Origin: Auanema rhodensis
Taxonomy: Eukaryota; Animalia; Nematoda
Direction: 5' to 3'
Assembly: GCA_964057225.1 (NCBI GenBank)
Contig: OZ059898.1
Coordinates: forward strand, 1,922,001 to 1,986,000
Length of the DNA: 64,000 bases
Part shown: positions 10,201-24,580 of the stretch, in pieces
Layout of the letters: each line of letters starts with the position of its first letter
Numbering within the stretch: the first letter of the stretch is position 1
Position numbers and translations under genes: made by a program
Notes under the pieces: generated by a model
The model's input: the letters and a program-made list of their open reading frames with translations, nothing else
Database searches by the model: none
What the model was told of the DNA's origin: nothing

Positions 10201-13200
10201 CGTCGATCTGTGTTATCAGATTTGCGCTAGCTTAAAAATGCACCGAGATATCAACTGATATAAGTTCACACTTATATCCTCGATTTTCACCATGAAGAAT
10301 TAATTTTTTCGTTGAATAACATTGTCCATCGTCTTTGCCTTGAAAAAAGAAATCTAAAAACATCTACTTTTCGATAAATTATTTTGAAATTTTTCGAAAA
10401 AATTTTTGTCAATATGTTTTTGGAAGCAATGTTGAGTGTACATGGAAACTCAACATACACTAATGCATCATTTTTCAAACGATCATAACTTATTTTTGTA
10501 TTAAGCGTTTCTCAATGTAGTATAGTTCATTCGATGCGGATTTTTAAGCTGCGTCGATCTGTGTTATCAGATTTGCGCTAGCTTAAAAATGCACCGAGAT
10601 ATCAACTGATATAAGTTCACACTTATATCCTCGATTTTCACCCTGAAGAATTAATTTTTTCGTTGAATAACATTGTCCATCGTCTTTGCCTTGAAAAAAG
10701 GAATCTAAAAACATCTACTTTTTGCTAAATTATTTTGAAATTTTTCGAAAAAATTTTTGTCAAAATGTTTTTGGAAGCAATGTTGAGTGTACATGGAAAC
10801 TCAACATACACTAATGCATCATTTTTCAAACGGTCATAACTAATTTTTGTATTAAGCGTTTCTCAATGTAGTATAGTGCATTCGATGCGGATTTTTAAGC
10901 TGCGTCGATCTGTGTTATCAGATTTGCGCTAGCTTAAAAATGCACCGAGATATTAACTGATATAAGTTCACACTTATATCCTCGATTTTCACCCTGAAGA
11001 ATAAGTTTTTTCGTTGGATAACATTGTCCATCGTCTTTGCCTTGAAAAAAGGAATCTAAAAACATCTACTTTTTGCTAAATTATTTTGAAATTTTTCGAA
11101 AAAAATTTTTGTCAAAATGTTTTTGGAAGCAATGTTGAGTGTACATGGAAACTCAACATACACTAATGCATCATTTTTCAAACGATCATAACTAATTTTT
11201 GTATTAAGCGTTTCTCAATGTAGTATAGTGCATTCGATGCGGATTTTTAAGCTGCGTCGATCTGTGTTATCAGATTTGCGCTAGCTTAAAAATGCACCGA
11301 GATATCAACTGATATAAGTTCACACTTATATCCTCGATTTTCACCCTGAAGAATTAATTTTTTCGTTGAATAACATTGTCCATCGTCTTTGCCTTGAAAA
11401 AAGAAATCTAAAAACATCTACTTTTTGATAAATTATTTTGAAATTTTTCGAAAAAATTTTTGTCAAAATGTTTTTGGAAGCAATGTTGAGTGTACATGGA
11501 AACTCAACATACACTAATGCATCATTTTTCAAACGATCATAATTAATTTTTGTATTAAGCGTTTCTCAATGTAGTATAGTGCATTCGATGCGGATTTTTA
11601 AGCTGCGTCGATCTGTGTTATCAGATTTGCGCTAGCTTAAAAATGCACCGAGATATCAACTGATATAAGTTCACACTTATATCCTCGATTTTTACCCTGA
11701 AGAATTAATTTTTTCGTTGAATAACATTGTCCATCGTCTTTGCCTTGAAAAAAGGAATCTAAAAACATCTACTTTTTGCTAAATTATTTTGAAATTTTTC
11801 GAAAAAATTTTTGTCAAAATGTTTTTGGAAGCAATGTTGAGTGTACATGGAAACTCAACATACACTAATGCATCATTTTTCAAACGATCATAACTAATTT
11901 TTGTATTAAGCGTTTCTCAATGTAGTATAGTGCATTCGATGCGGATTTTTAAGCTGCGTCGATCTGTGTTATCAGATTTGCGCTAGCTTAAAAATGCACC
12001 GAGATATTAACTGATATAAGTTCACACTTATATCCTCGATTTTCACCCTGAAGAATTAATTTTTTCGTTGAATAACATTGTCCATCGTCTTTGCCTTGAA
12101 AAAAGGAATCTAAAAACATCTACTTTTTGCTAAATTATTTCGAAATTTTTCGAAAAAATTTTTGTCAAAATGTTTTTGGAAGCAATGTTGAGTGTACATG
12201 GAAACTCAACATACACTAATGCATCATTTTTCAAACGATCATAACTAATTTTTGTATTAAGCGTTTCTCAATGTAGTATAGTGCATTCGATGCGGATTTT
12301 TATGCTGCGTCGATCTGTGTTATCAGATTTGCGCTAGCTTAAAAATGCACCGAGATATCAACTGATATAAGTTCACACTTATATCCTCGATTTTCACCCT
12401 GAAGAATTAATTTTTTCGTTGAATAACATTGTCCATCGTCTTTGCCTTGAAAAAAGAAATGTAAAAACATCTACTTTTCGATAAATTATTTTGAAATTTT
12501 TCGAAAAAATTTTTGTCAAAATGTTTTTGGAAGCAATGTTGAGTGTACATGGAAACTCAACATACACTAATGCATCATTTTTCAAACGATCATAACTAAT
12601 TTTTGTATTAAGCGTTTCTCAATGTAGTATAGTGCATTCGATGCGGATTTTTAAGCTGCGTCGATCTGTGTTATCAGATTTGCGCTAGCTTAAAAATGCA
12701 CCGAGATATTAACTGATATAAGTTCACACTTATATCCTCGATTTTCACCCTGAAGAATTAATTTTTTCGTTGAATAACATTGTCCATCGTCTTTGCCTTG
12801 AAAAAAGGAATCTAAAAACATCTACTTTTTGCTAAATTATTTCGAAATTTTTCGAAAAAATTTTTGTCAAAATGTTTTTGGAAGCAATGTTGAGTGTACA
12901 TGGAAACTCAACATACACTAATGCATCATTTTTCAAACGATCATAACTAATTTTTGTATTAAGCGTTTCTCAATGTAGTATAGTGCATTCGATGCGGATT
13001 TTTATGCTGCGTCGATCTGTGTTATCAGATTTGCGCTAGCTTAAAAATGCACCGAGATATCAACTGATATAAGTTCACACTTATATCCTCGATTTTCACC
13101 CTGAAGAATTAATTTTTTCGTTGAATAACATTGTCCATCGTCTTTGCCTTGAAAAAAGAAATCTAAAAACATCTACTTTTCGATAAATTATTTTGAAATT

Positions 13201-16200
13201 TTTCGAAAAAATTTTTGTCAATATGTTTTTGGAAGCAATGTTGAGTGTACATGGAAACTCAACATACACTAATGCATCATTTTTCAAACGATCATAACTT
13301 ATTTTTGTATTAAGCGTTTCTCAATGTAGTATAGTGCATTCGATGCGGATTTTTAAGCTGCGTCGATCTGTGTTATCAGATTTGCGCTAGCTTAAAAATG
13401 CACCGAGATATCAACTGATATAAGTTCACACTTATATCCTCGATTTTCACCCTGAAGAATTAATTTTTTCGTTGAATAACATTGTCCATCGTCTTTGCCT
13501 TGAAAAAAGGAATCTAAAAACATCTACTTTTTGCTAAATTATTTTGAAATTTTTCGAAAAAATTTTTGTCAAAATGTTTTTGGAAGCAATGTTGAGTGTA
13601 CATGGAAACTCAACATACACTAATGCATCATTTTTCAAACGGTCATAACTAATTTTTGTATTAAGCGTTTCTCAATGTAGTATAGTGCATTCGATGCGGA
13701 TTTTTAAGCTGCGTCGATCTGTGTTATCAGATTTGCGCTAGCTTAAAAATGCACCGAGATATTAACTGATATAAGTTCACACTTATATCCTCGATTTTCA
13801 CCCTGAAGAATAAGTTTTTTCGTTGGATAACATTGTCCATCGTCTTTGCCTTGAAAAAAGGAATCTAAAAACATCTACTTTTTGCTAAATTATTTTGAAA
13901 TTTTTCGAAAAAAATTTTTGTCAAAATGTTTTTGGAAGCAATGTTGAGTGTACATGGAAACTCAACATACACTAATGCATCATTTTTCAAACGATCATAA
14001 CTAATTTTTGTATTAAGCGTTTCTCAATGTAGTATAGTGCATTCGATGCGGATTTTTAAGCTGCGTCGATCTGTGTTATCAGATTTGCGCTAGCTTAAAA
14101 ATGCACCGAGATATCAACTGATATAAGTTCACACTTATATCCTCGATTTTCACCCTGAAGAATTAATTTTTTCGTTGAATAACATTGTCCATCGTCTTTG
14201 CCTTGAAAAAAGAAATCTAAAAACATCTACTTTTTGATAAATTATTTTGAAATTTTTCGAAAAAATTTTTGTCAAAATGTTTTTGGAAGCAATGTTGAGT
14301 GTACATGGAAACTCAACATACACTAATGCATCATTTTTCAAACGATCATAATTAATTTTTGTATTAAGCGTTTCTCAATGTAGTATAGTGCATTCGATGC
14401 GGATTTTTAAGCTGCGTTGATCTGTGTTATCAGATTTGCGCTAGCTTAAAAATGCACCGAGATATCAACTGATATAAGTTCACACTTATATCCTCGATTT
14501 TCACCCTGAAGAATTAATTTTTTCGTTGAATAACATTGTCCATCGTCTTTGCCTTGAAAAAAGGAATCTAAAAACATCTACTTTTCGATAAATTATTTTG
14601 AAATTTTTCGAAAAAATTTTTGTCAAAATGTTTTTGGAAGCAATGTTGAGTGTACATGGAAACTCAACATACACTAATGCATCATTTTTCAAACGATCAT
14701 AACTAATTTTTGTATTAAGCGTTTCTCAATGTAGTATAGTGCATTCGATGCGGATTTTTAAGCTGCGTCGATCTGTGTTATCAGATTTGCGCTAGCTTAA
14801 AAATGCACCGAGATATTAACTGATATAAGTTCACACTTATATCCTCGATTTTCACCCTGAAGAATTAATTTTTTCGTTGAATAACATTGTCCATCGTCTT
14901 TGCCTTGAAAAAAGGAATCTAAAAACATCTACTTTTTGCTAAATTATTTCGAAATTTTTCGAAAAAATTTTTGTCAAAATGTTTTTGGAAGCAATGTTGA
15001 GTGTACATGGAAACTCAACATACACTAATGCATCATTTTTCAAACGATCATAACTAATTTTTGTATTAAGCGTTTCTCAATGTAGTATAGTGCATTCGAT
15101 GCGGATTTTTATGCTGCGTCGATCTGTGTTATCAGATTTGCGCTAGCTTAAAAATGCACCGAGATATCAACTGATATAAGTTCACACTTATATCCTCGAT
15201 TTTCACCCTGAAGAATTAATTTTTTCGTTGAATAACATTGTCCATCGTCTTTGCCTTGAAAAAAGGAATCTAAAAACATCTACTTTTTGCTAAATTATTT
15301 TGAAATTTTTCGAAAAAATTTTTGTCAAAATGTTTTTGGAAGCAATGTTGAGTGTACATGGAAACTCAACATACACTAATGCATCATTTTTCAAACGATC
15401 ATAACTAATTTTTGTATTAAGCGTTTCTCAATGTAGTATAGTGCATTCGATGCGGATTTTTAAGCTGCGTCGATCTGTGTTATCAGATTTGCGCTAGCTT
15501 AAAAATGCACCGAGATATTAACTGATATAAGTTCACACTTATATCCTCGATTTTCACCCTGAAGAATTAATTTTTTCGTTGAATAACATTGTCCATCGTC
15601 TTTGCCTTGAAAAAAGGAATCTAAAAACATCTACTTTTTGCTAAATTATTTCGAAATTTTTCGAAAAAATTTTTGTCAAAATGTTTTTGGAAGCAATGTT
15701 GAGTGTACATGGAAACTCAACATACACTAATGCATCATTTTTCAAACGATCATAACTAATTTTTGTATTAAGCGTTTCTCAATGTAGTATAGTGCATTCG
15801 ATGCGGATTTTTATGCTGCGTCGATCTGTGTTATCAGATTTGCGCTAGCTTAAAAATGCACCGAGATATTAACTGATATAAGTTCACACTTATATCCTCG
15901 ATTTTCACCCTGAAGAATTAATTTTTTCGTTGAATAACATTGTCCATCGTCTTTGCCTTGAAAAAAGGAATCTAAAAACATCTACTTTTTGCTAAATTAT
16001 TTCGAAATTTTTCGAAAAAATTTTTGTCAAAATGTTTTTGGAAGCAATGTTGAGTGTACATGGAAACTCAACATACACTAATGCATCATTTTTCAAACGA
16101 TCATAACTAATTTTTGTATTAAGCGTTTCTCAATGTAGTATAGTGCATTCGATGCGGATTTTTATGCTGCGTCGATCTGTGTTATCAGATTTGCGCTAGC

Positions 16201-17204
16201 TTAAAAATGCACCGAGATATCAACTGATATAAGTTCACACTTATATCCTCGATTTTCACCCTGAAGAATTAATTTTTTCGTTGAATAACATTGTCCATCG
16301 TCTTTGCCTTGAAAAAAGAAATCTAAAAACATCTACTTTTCGATAAATTATTTTGAAATTTTTCGAAAAAATTTTTGTCAAAATGTTTTTGGAAGCAATG
16401 TTGAGTGTACATGGAAACTCAACATACACTAATGCATCATTTTTCAAACGATCATAACTAATTTTTGTATTAAGCGTTTCTCAATGTAGTATAGTGCATT
16501 CGATGCGGATTTTTAAGCTGCGTCGATCTGTGTTATCAGATTTGCGCTAGCTTAAAAATGCACCGAGATATCAACTGATATAAGTTCACACTTATATCCT
16601 CGATTTTCACCCTGAAGAATTAATTTTTTCGTTGAATAACATTGTCCATCGTCTTTGCCTTGAAAAAAGGAATCTAAAAACATCTACTTTTTGCTAAATT
16701 ATTTTGAAATTTTTCGAAAAAATTTTTGTCAAAATGTTTTTGGAAGCAATGTTGAGTGTACATGGAAACTCAACATACACTAATGCATCATTTTTCAAAC
16801 GATCATAACTAATTTTTGTATTAAGTGTTTCTCAATGTAGTATAGTGCATTCGATGCGGATTTTTAAGCTGCGTCGATCTGTGTTATCAGATTTGCGCTA
16901 GCTTAAAAATGCACTGAGATATCAACTGATATAAGTTCACACTTATATCCTCGATTTTCACCCTGAAGAATTAATTTTTTCGTTGAATAACATTGTCCAT
17001 CGTCTTTGCCTTGAAAAAAGGAATCTAAAAACATCTACTTTTTGCTAAATTATCTCGAAATTTTTCGAAAAAATTTTTGTCAAAATGTTTTTGGAAGCAA
17101 TGTTGAGTGTACATGGAAACTCAACATACACTAATGCATCATTTTTCAAACGATCATAACTAATTTTTGCATTAAGCGTTTCTCAATGTAGTATAGTGCA
17201 TTCG

Positions 17205-20200
17205 ATGCGGATTTTTAAGCTGCGTCGATCTGTGTTATCAGATTTGCGCTAGCTTAAAAATGCACCGAGATATTAACTGATATAAGTTCACACTTATATC
17301 CTCGATTTTCACCCTGAAGAATTAATTTTTTCGTTGAATAACATTGTCCATCGTCTTTGCCTTGAAAAAAGGAATCTAAAAACATCTACTTTTTGCTAAA
17401 TTATTTCGAAATTTTTCGAAAAAATTTTTGTCAAAATGTTTTTGGAAGCAATGTTGAGTGTACATGGAAACTCAACATACACTAATGCATCATTTTTCAA
17501 ACGATCATAACTAATTTTTGTATCAAGCGTTTCTCAATGTAGTATAGTGCATTCGATGCGGATTTTTATGCTGCGTCGATCTGTGTTATCAGATTTGCGC
17601 TAGCTTAAAAATGCACCGAGATATCAACTGATATAAGTTCACACTTATATCCTCGATTTTCACCCTGAAGAATTAATTTTTTCGTTGAATAACATTGTCC
17701 ATCGTCTTTGCCTTGAAAAAAGAAATCTAAAAACATCTACTTTTCGATAAATTATTTTGAAATTTTTCGAAAAAATTTTTGTCAATATGTTTTTGGAAGC
17801 AATGTTGAGTGTACATGGAAACTCAACATACACTAATGCATCATTTTTCAAACGATCATAACTAATTTTTGTATTAAGCGTTTCTCAATGTAGTATAGTG
17901 CATTCGATGCGGATTTTTAAGCTGCGTCGATCTGTGTTATCAGATTTGCGCTAGCTTAAAAATGCACCGAGATATCAACTGATATAAGTTCACACTTATA
18001 TCCTCGATTTTCACCCTGAAGAATTAATTTTTTCGTTGAATAACATTGTCCATCGTCTTTGCCTTGAAAAAAGGAATCTAAAAACATCTACTTTTTGCTA
18101 AATTATTTTGAAATTTTTCGAAAAAAATTTTTGTCAAAATGTTTTTGGAAGCAATGTTGAGTGTACATGGAAACTCAACATACACTAATGCATCATTTTT
18201 CAAACGATCATAACTAATTTTTGTATTAAGCGTTTCTCAATGTAGTATAGTGCATTCGATGCGGATTTTTAAGCTGCGTCGATCTGTGTTATCAGATTTG
18301 CGCTAGCTTAAAAATGCACCGAGATATCAACTGATATAAGTTCACACTTATATCCTCGATTTTCACCTTGAAGAATAAGTTTTTTCGTTGGATAACATTG
18401 TCCATCGTCTTTGCCTTGAAAAAAGGAATCTAAAAACATCTACTTTTTGCTAAATTATTTTGAAATTTTTCGAAAAAAATTTTTGTCAAAATGTTTTTGG
18501 AAGCAATGTTGAGTGTACATGGAAACTCAACATACACTAATGCATCATTTTTCAAACGATCATAACTAATTTTTGTATTAAGCGTTTCTCAATGTAGTAT
18601 AGTGCATTCGATGCGGATTTTTAAGCTGCGTCGATCTGTGTTATCAGATTTGCGCTAGCTTAAAAATGCACCGAGATATCAACTGATATAAGTTCACACT
18701 TATATCCTCGATTTTCACCCTGAAGAATTAATTTTTTCGTTGAATAACATTGTCCATCGTCTTTGCCTTGAAAAAAGAAATCTAAAAACATCTACTTTTT
18801 GATAAATTATTTTGAAATTTTTCGAAAAAATTTTTGTCAAAATGTTTTTGGAAGCAATGTTGAGTGTACATGGAAACTCAACATACACTAATGCATCATT
18901 TTTCAAACGATCATAACTAATTTTTGTATTAAGCGTTTTTCAATGTAGTATAGTGCATTCGATGCGGATTTTTAAGCTGCGTCGATCTGTGTTATCAGAT
19001 TTGCGCTAGCTTAAAAATGCACCGCGATATCAACTGATATAAGTTCACACTTATATCCTCGATTTTCACCCTGAAGAATTAATTTTTTCGTTGAATAACA
19101 TTGTCCATCGTCTTTGCCTTGAAAAAAGGAATCTAAAAACATCTACTTTTTGCTAAATTATTTTGAAATTTTTCGAAAAAATTTTTGTCAAAATGTTTTT
19201 GGAAGCAATGTTGAGTGTACATGGAAACTCAACATACACTAATGCATCATTTTTCAAACAATCATAACTAATTTTTGTATTAAGCGTTTCTCAATGTAGT
19301 ATAGTGCATTCGATGCGGATTTTTAAGCTGCGTCGATCTGTGTTATCAGATTTGCGCTAGCTTAAAAATGCACCGAGATATCAACTGATATAAGTTCACA
19401 CTTATATCCTCGATTTTCACCCTGAAGAATTAATTTTTTCGTTGAATAACATTGTCCATCGTCTTTGCCTTGAAAAAAGGAATCTAAAAACATCTACTTT
19501 TTGCTAAATTATTTTGAAATTTTTCGAAAATATTTTTGTCAAAATGTTTTTGGAAGCAATGTTGAGTGTACATGGAAACTCAACATACACTAATGCATCA
19601 TTTTTCAAACGATCAAAACTAATTTTTGTATTAAACGTTTTTCAATGTAGTATAGTGCATTCGATGCGGATTTTTAAGCTGCGTCGATCTGTGTTATCAG
19701 ATTTGCGCTAGCTTAAAAATGCACCGAGATATTAACTGATATAAGTTCACACTTATATCCTCGATTTTCACCCTGAAGAATTAATTTTTTCGTTGAATAA
19801 CATTGTCCATCGTCTTTGCCTTGAAAAAAGGAATCTAAAAACATCTACTTTTTGCTAAATTATTTCGAAATTTTTCGAAAAAATTTTTGTCAAAATGTTT
19901 TTGGAAGCAATGTTGAGTGTACATGGAAACTCAACATACACTAATGCATCATTTTTCAAACGATCATAACTAATTTTTGTATCAAGCGTTTCTCAATGTA
20001 GTATAGTGCATTCGATGCGGATTTTTATGCTGCGTCGATCTGTGTTATCAGATTTGCGCTAGCTTAAAAATGCACCGAGATATCAACTGATATAAGTTCA
20101 CACTTATATCCTCGATTTTCACCCTGAAGAATTAATTTTTTCGTTGAATAACATTGTCCATCGTCTTTGCCTTGAAAAAAGGAATCTAAAAACATCTACT

Positions 20201-23200
20201 TTTTGCTAAATTATTTCGAAATTTTTCGAAAAAATTTTTGTCAAAATGTTTTTGGAAGCAATGTTGAGTGTACATGGAAACTCAACATACACTAATGCAT
20301 CATTTTTCAAACGATCATAACTAATTTTTGTATCAAGCGTTTCTCAATGTAGTATAGTGCATTCGATGCGGATTTTTATGCTGCGTCGATCTGTGTTATC
20401 AGATTTGCGCTAGCTTAAAAATGCACCGAGATATCAACTGATATAAGTTCACACTTATATCCTCGATTTTCACCCTGAAGAATTAATTTTTTCGTTGAAT
20501 AACATTGTCCATCGTCTTTGCCTTGAAAAAAGAAATCTAAAAACATCTACTTTTCGATAAATTATTTTGAAATTTTTTGAAAAAATTTTTGTCAATATGT
20601 TTTTGGAAACAATGTTGAGTGTACATGGAAACTCAACATACACTAATGCATCATTTTTCAAACGATCATAACTAATTTTTGTATTAAGCGTTTCTCAATG
20701 TAGTATAGTGCATTCGATGCGGATTTTTAAGCTGCGTCGATCTGTGTTATCAGATTTGCGCTAGCTTAAAAATGCACCGAGATATCAACTGATATAAGTT
20801 CACACTTATATCCTCGATTTTCACCTTGAAGAATAAGTTTTTTCGTTGGATAACATTGTCCATCGTCTTTGCCTTGAAAAAAGGAATCTAAAAACATCTA
20901 CTTTTTGCTAAATTATTTTGAAATTTTTCGAAAAAAATTTTTGTCAAAATGTTTTTGGAAGCAATGTTGAGTGTACATGGAAACTCAACATACACTAATG
21001 CATCATTTTTCAAACGATCATAACTAATTTTTGTATTAAGCGTTTCTCAATGTAGTATAGTGCATTCGATGCGGATTTTTAAGCTGCGTCGATCTGTGTT
21101 ATCAGATTTGCGCTAGCTTAAAAATGCACCGAGATATCAACTGATATAAGTTCACACTTATATCCTCGATTTTCACCCTGAAGAATTAATTTTTTCGTTG
21201 AATAACATTGTCCATCGTCTTTGCCTTGAAAAAAGAAATCTAAAAACATCTACTTTTTGATAAATTATTTTGAAATTTTTCGAAAAAATTTTTGTCAAAA
21301 TGTTTTTGGAAGCAATGTTGAGTGTACATGGAAACTCAACATACACTAATGCATCATTTTTCAAACGATCATAACTAATTTTTGTATTAAGCGTTTTTCA
21401 ATGTAGTATAGTGCATTCGATGCGGATTTTTAAGCTGCGTCGATCTGTGTTATCAGATTTGCGCTAGCTTAAAAATGCACCGCGATATCAACTGATATAA
21501 GTTCACACTTATATCCTCGATTTTCACCCTGAAGAATTAATTTTTTCGTTGAATAACATTGTCCATCGTCTTTGCCTTGAAAAAAGGAATCTAAAAACAT
21601 CTACTTTTTGCTAAATTATTTTGAAATTTTTCGAAAAAATTTTTGTCAAAATGTTTTTGGAAGCAATGTTGAGTGTACATGGAAACTCAACATACACTAA
21701 TGCATCATTTTTCAAACAATCATAACTAATTTTTGTATTAAGCGTTTCTCAATGTAGTATAGTGCATTCGATGCGGATTTTTAAGCTGCGTCGATCTGTG
21801 TTATCAGATTTGCGCTAGCTTAAAAATGCACCGAGATATCAACTGATATAAGTTCACACTTATATCCTCGATTTTCACCCTGAAGAATTAATTTTTTCGT
21901 TGAATAACATTGTCCATCGTCTTTGCCTTGAAAAAAGAAATCTAAAAACATCTACTTTTTGATAAATTATTTTGAAATTTTTCGAAAAAATTTTTGTCAA
22001 AATGTTTTTGGAAGCAATGTTGAGTGTACATGGAAACTCAACATACACTAATGCATCATTTTTCAAACGATCAAAACTAATTTTTGTATTAAACGTTTTT
22101 CAATGTAGTATAGTGCATTCGATGCGGATTTTTAAGCTGCGTCGATCTGTGTTATCAGATTTGCGCTAGCTTAAAAATGCACCGAGATATTAACTGATAT
22201 AAGTTCACACTTATATCCTCGATTTTCACCCTGAAGAATTAATTTTTTCGTTGAATAACATTGTCCATCGTCTTTGCCTTGAAAAAAGGAATCTAAAAAC
22301 ATCTACTTTTTGCTAAATTATTTCGAAATTTTTCGAAAAAATTTTTGTCAAAATGTTTTTGGAAGCAATGTTGAGTGTACATGGAAACTCAACATACACT
22401 AATGCATCATTTTTCAAACGATCATAACTAATTTTTGTATCAAGCGTTTCTCAATGTAGTATAGTGCATTCGATGCGGATTTTTATGCTGCGTCGATCTG
22501 TGTTATCAGATTTGCGCTAGCTTAAAAATGCACCGAGATATCAACTGATATAAGTTCACACTTATATCCTCGATTTTCACCCTGAAGAATTAATTTTTTC
22601 GTTGAATAACATTGTCCATCGTCTTTGCCTTGAAAAAAGAAATCTAAAAACATCTACTTTTCGATAAATTATTTTGAAATTTTTTGAAAAAATTTTTGTC
22701 AATATGTTTTTGGAAGCAATGTTGAGTGTACATGGAAACTCAACATACACTAATGCATCATTTTTCAAACGATCATAACTAATTTTTGTATTAAGCGTTT
22801 CTCAATGTAGTATAGTGCATTCGATGCGGATTTTTAAGCTGCGTCGATCTGTGTTATCAGATTTGCGCTAGCTTAAAAATGCACCGAGATATCAACTGAT
22901 ATAAGTTCACACTTATATCCTCGATTTTCACCCTGAAGAATTAATTTTTTCGTTGAATAACATTGTCCATCGTCTTTGCCTTGAAAAAAGGAATCTAAAA
23001 ACATCTACTTTTTGCTAAATTATTTTGAAATTTTTCGAAAAAAATTTTTGTCAAAATGTTTTTGGAAGCAATGTTGAGTGTACATGGAAACTCAACATAC
23101 ACTAATGCATCATTTTTCAAACGATCATAACTAATTTTTGTATTAAGCGTTTCTCAATGTAGTATAGTGCATTCGATGCGGATTTTTAAGCTGCGTCGAT

Positions 23201-24580
23201 CTGTGTTATCAGATTTGCGCTAGCTTAAAAATGCACCGAGATATCAACTGATATAAGTTCACACTTATATCCTCGATTTTCACCTTGAAGAATAAGTTTT
23301 TTCGTTGGATAACATTGTCCATCGTCTTTGCCTTGAAAAAAGGAATCTAAAAACATCTACTTTTTGCTAAATTATTTTGAAATTTTTCGAAAAAAATTTT
23401 TGTCAAAATGTTTTTGGAAGCAATGTTGAGTGTACATGGAAACTCAACATACACTAATGCATCATTTTTCAAACGATCATAACTAATTTTTGTATTAAGC
23501 GTTTCTCAATGTAGTATAGTGCATTCGATGCGGATTTTTAAGCTGCGTCGATCTGTGTTATCAGATTTGCGCTAGCTTAAAAATGCACCGAGATATCAAC
23601 TGATATAAGTTCACACTTATATCCTCGATTTTCACCCTGAAGAATTAATTTTTTCGTTGAATAACATTGTCCATCGTCTTTGCCTTGAAAAAAGAAATCT
23701 AAAAACATCTACTTTTTGATAAATTATTTTGAAATTTTTCGAAAAAATTTTTGTCAAAATGTTTTTGGAAGCAATGTTGAGTGTACATGGAAACTCAACA
23801 TACACTAATGCATCATTTTTCAAACGATCATAACTAATTTTTGTATTAAGCGTTTTTCAATGTAGTATAGTGCATTCGATGCGGATTTTTAAGCTGCGTC
23901 GATCTGTGTTATCAGATTTGCGCTAGCTTAAAAATGCACCGCGATATCAACTGATATAAGTTCACACTTATATCCTCGATTTTCACCCTGAAGAATTAAT
24001 TTTTTCGTTGAATAACATTGTCCATCGTCTTTGCCTTGAAAAAAGGAATCTAAAAACATCTACTTTTTGCTAAATTATTTTGAAATTTTTCGAAAAAATT
24101 TTTGTCAAAATGTTTTTGGAAGCAATGTTGAGTGTACATGGAAACTCAACATACACTAATGCATCATTTTTCAAACAATCATAACTAATTTTTGTATTAA
24201 GCGTTTCTCAATGTAGTATAGTGCATTCGATGCGGATTTTTAAGCTGCGTCGATCTGTGTTATCAGATTTGCGCTAGCTTAAAAATGCACCGAGATATCA
24301 ACTGATATAAGTTCACACTTATATCCTCGATTTTCACCCTGAAGAATTAATTTTTTCGTTGAATAACATTGTCCATCGTCTTTGCCTTGAAAAAAGGAAT
24401 CTAAAAACATCTACTTTTTGCTAAATTATTTTGAAATTTTTCGAAAATATTTTTGTCAAAATGTTTTTGGAAGCAATGTTGAGTGTACATGGAAACTCAA
24501 CATACACTAATGCATCATTTTTCAAACGATCAAAACTAATTTTTGTATTAAACGTTTTTCAATGTAGTATAGTGCATTCG
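17205..24580 (+). repeat. 7-monomer higher-order repeat, 3 copies (2459, 2458 and 2459 bp)
   Basis: Units start at 17205, 19664 and 22122. Markers CCTTG+AATAAG+A7, CGCGAT and CAAAACT each occur once per unit. ORF spacings 18715/21173/23632 and 19514/21972/24431 agree. Confidence 0.88.
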
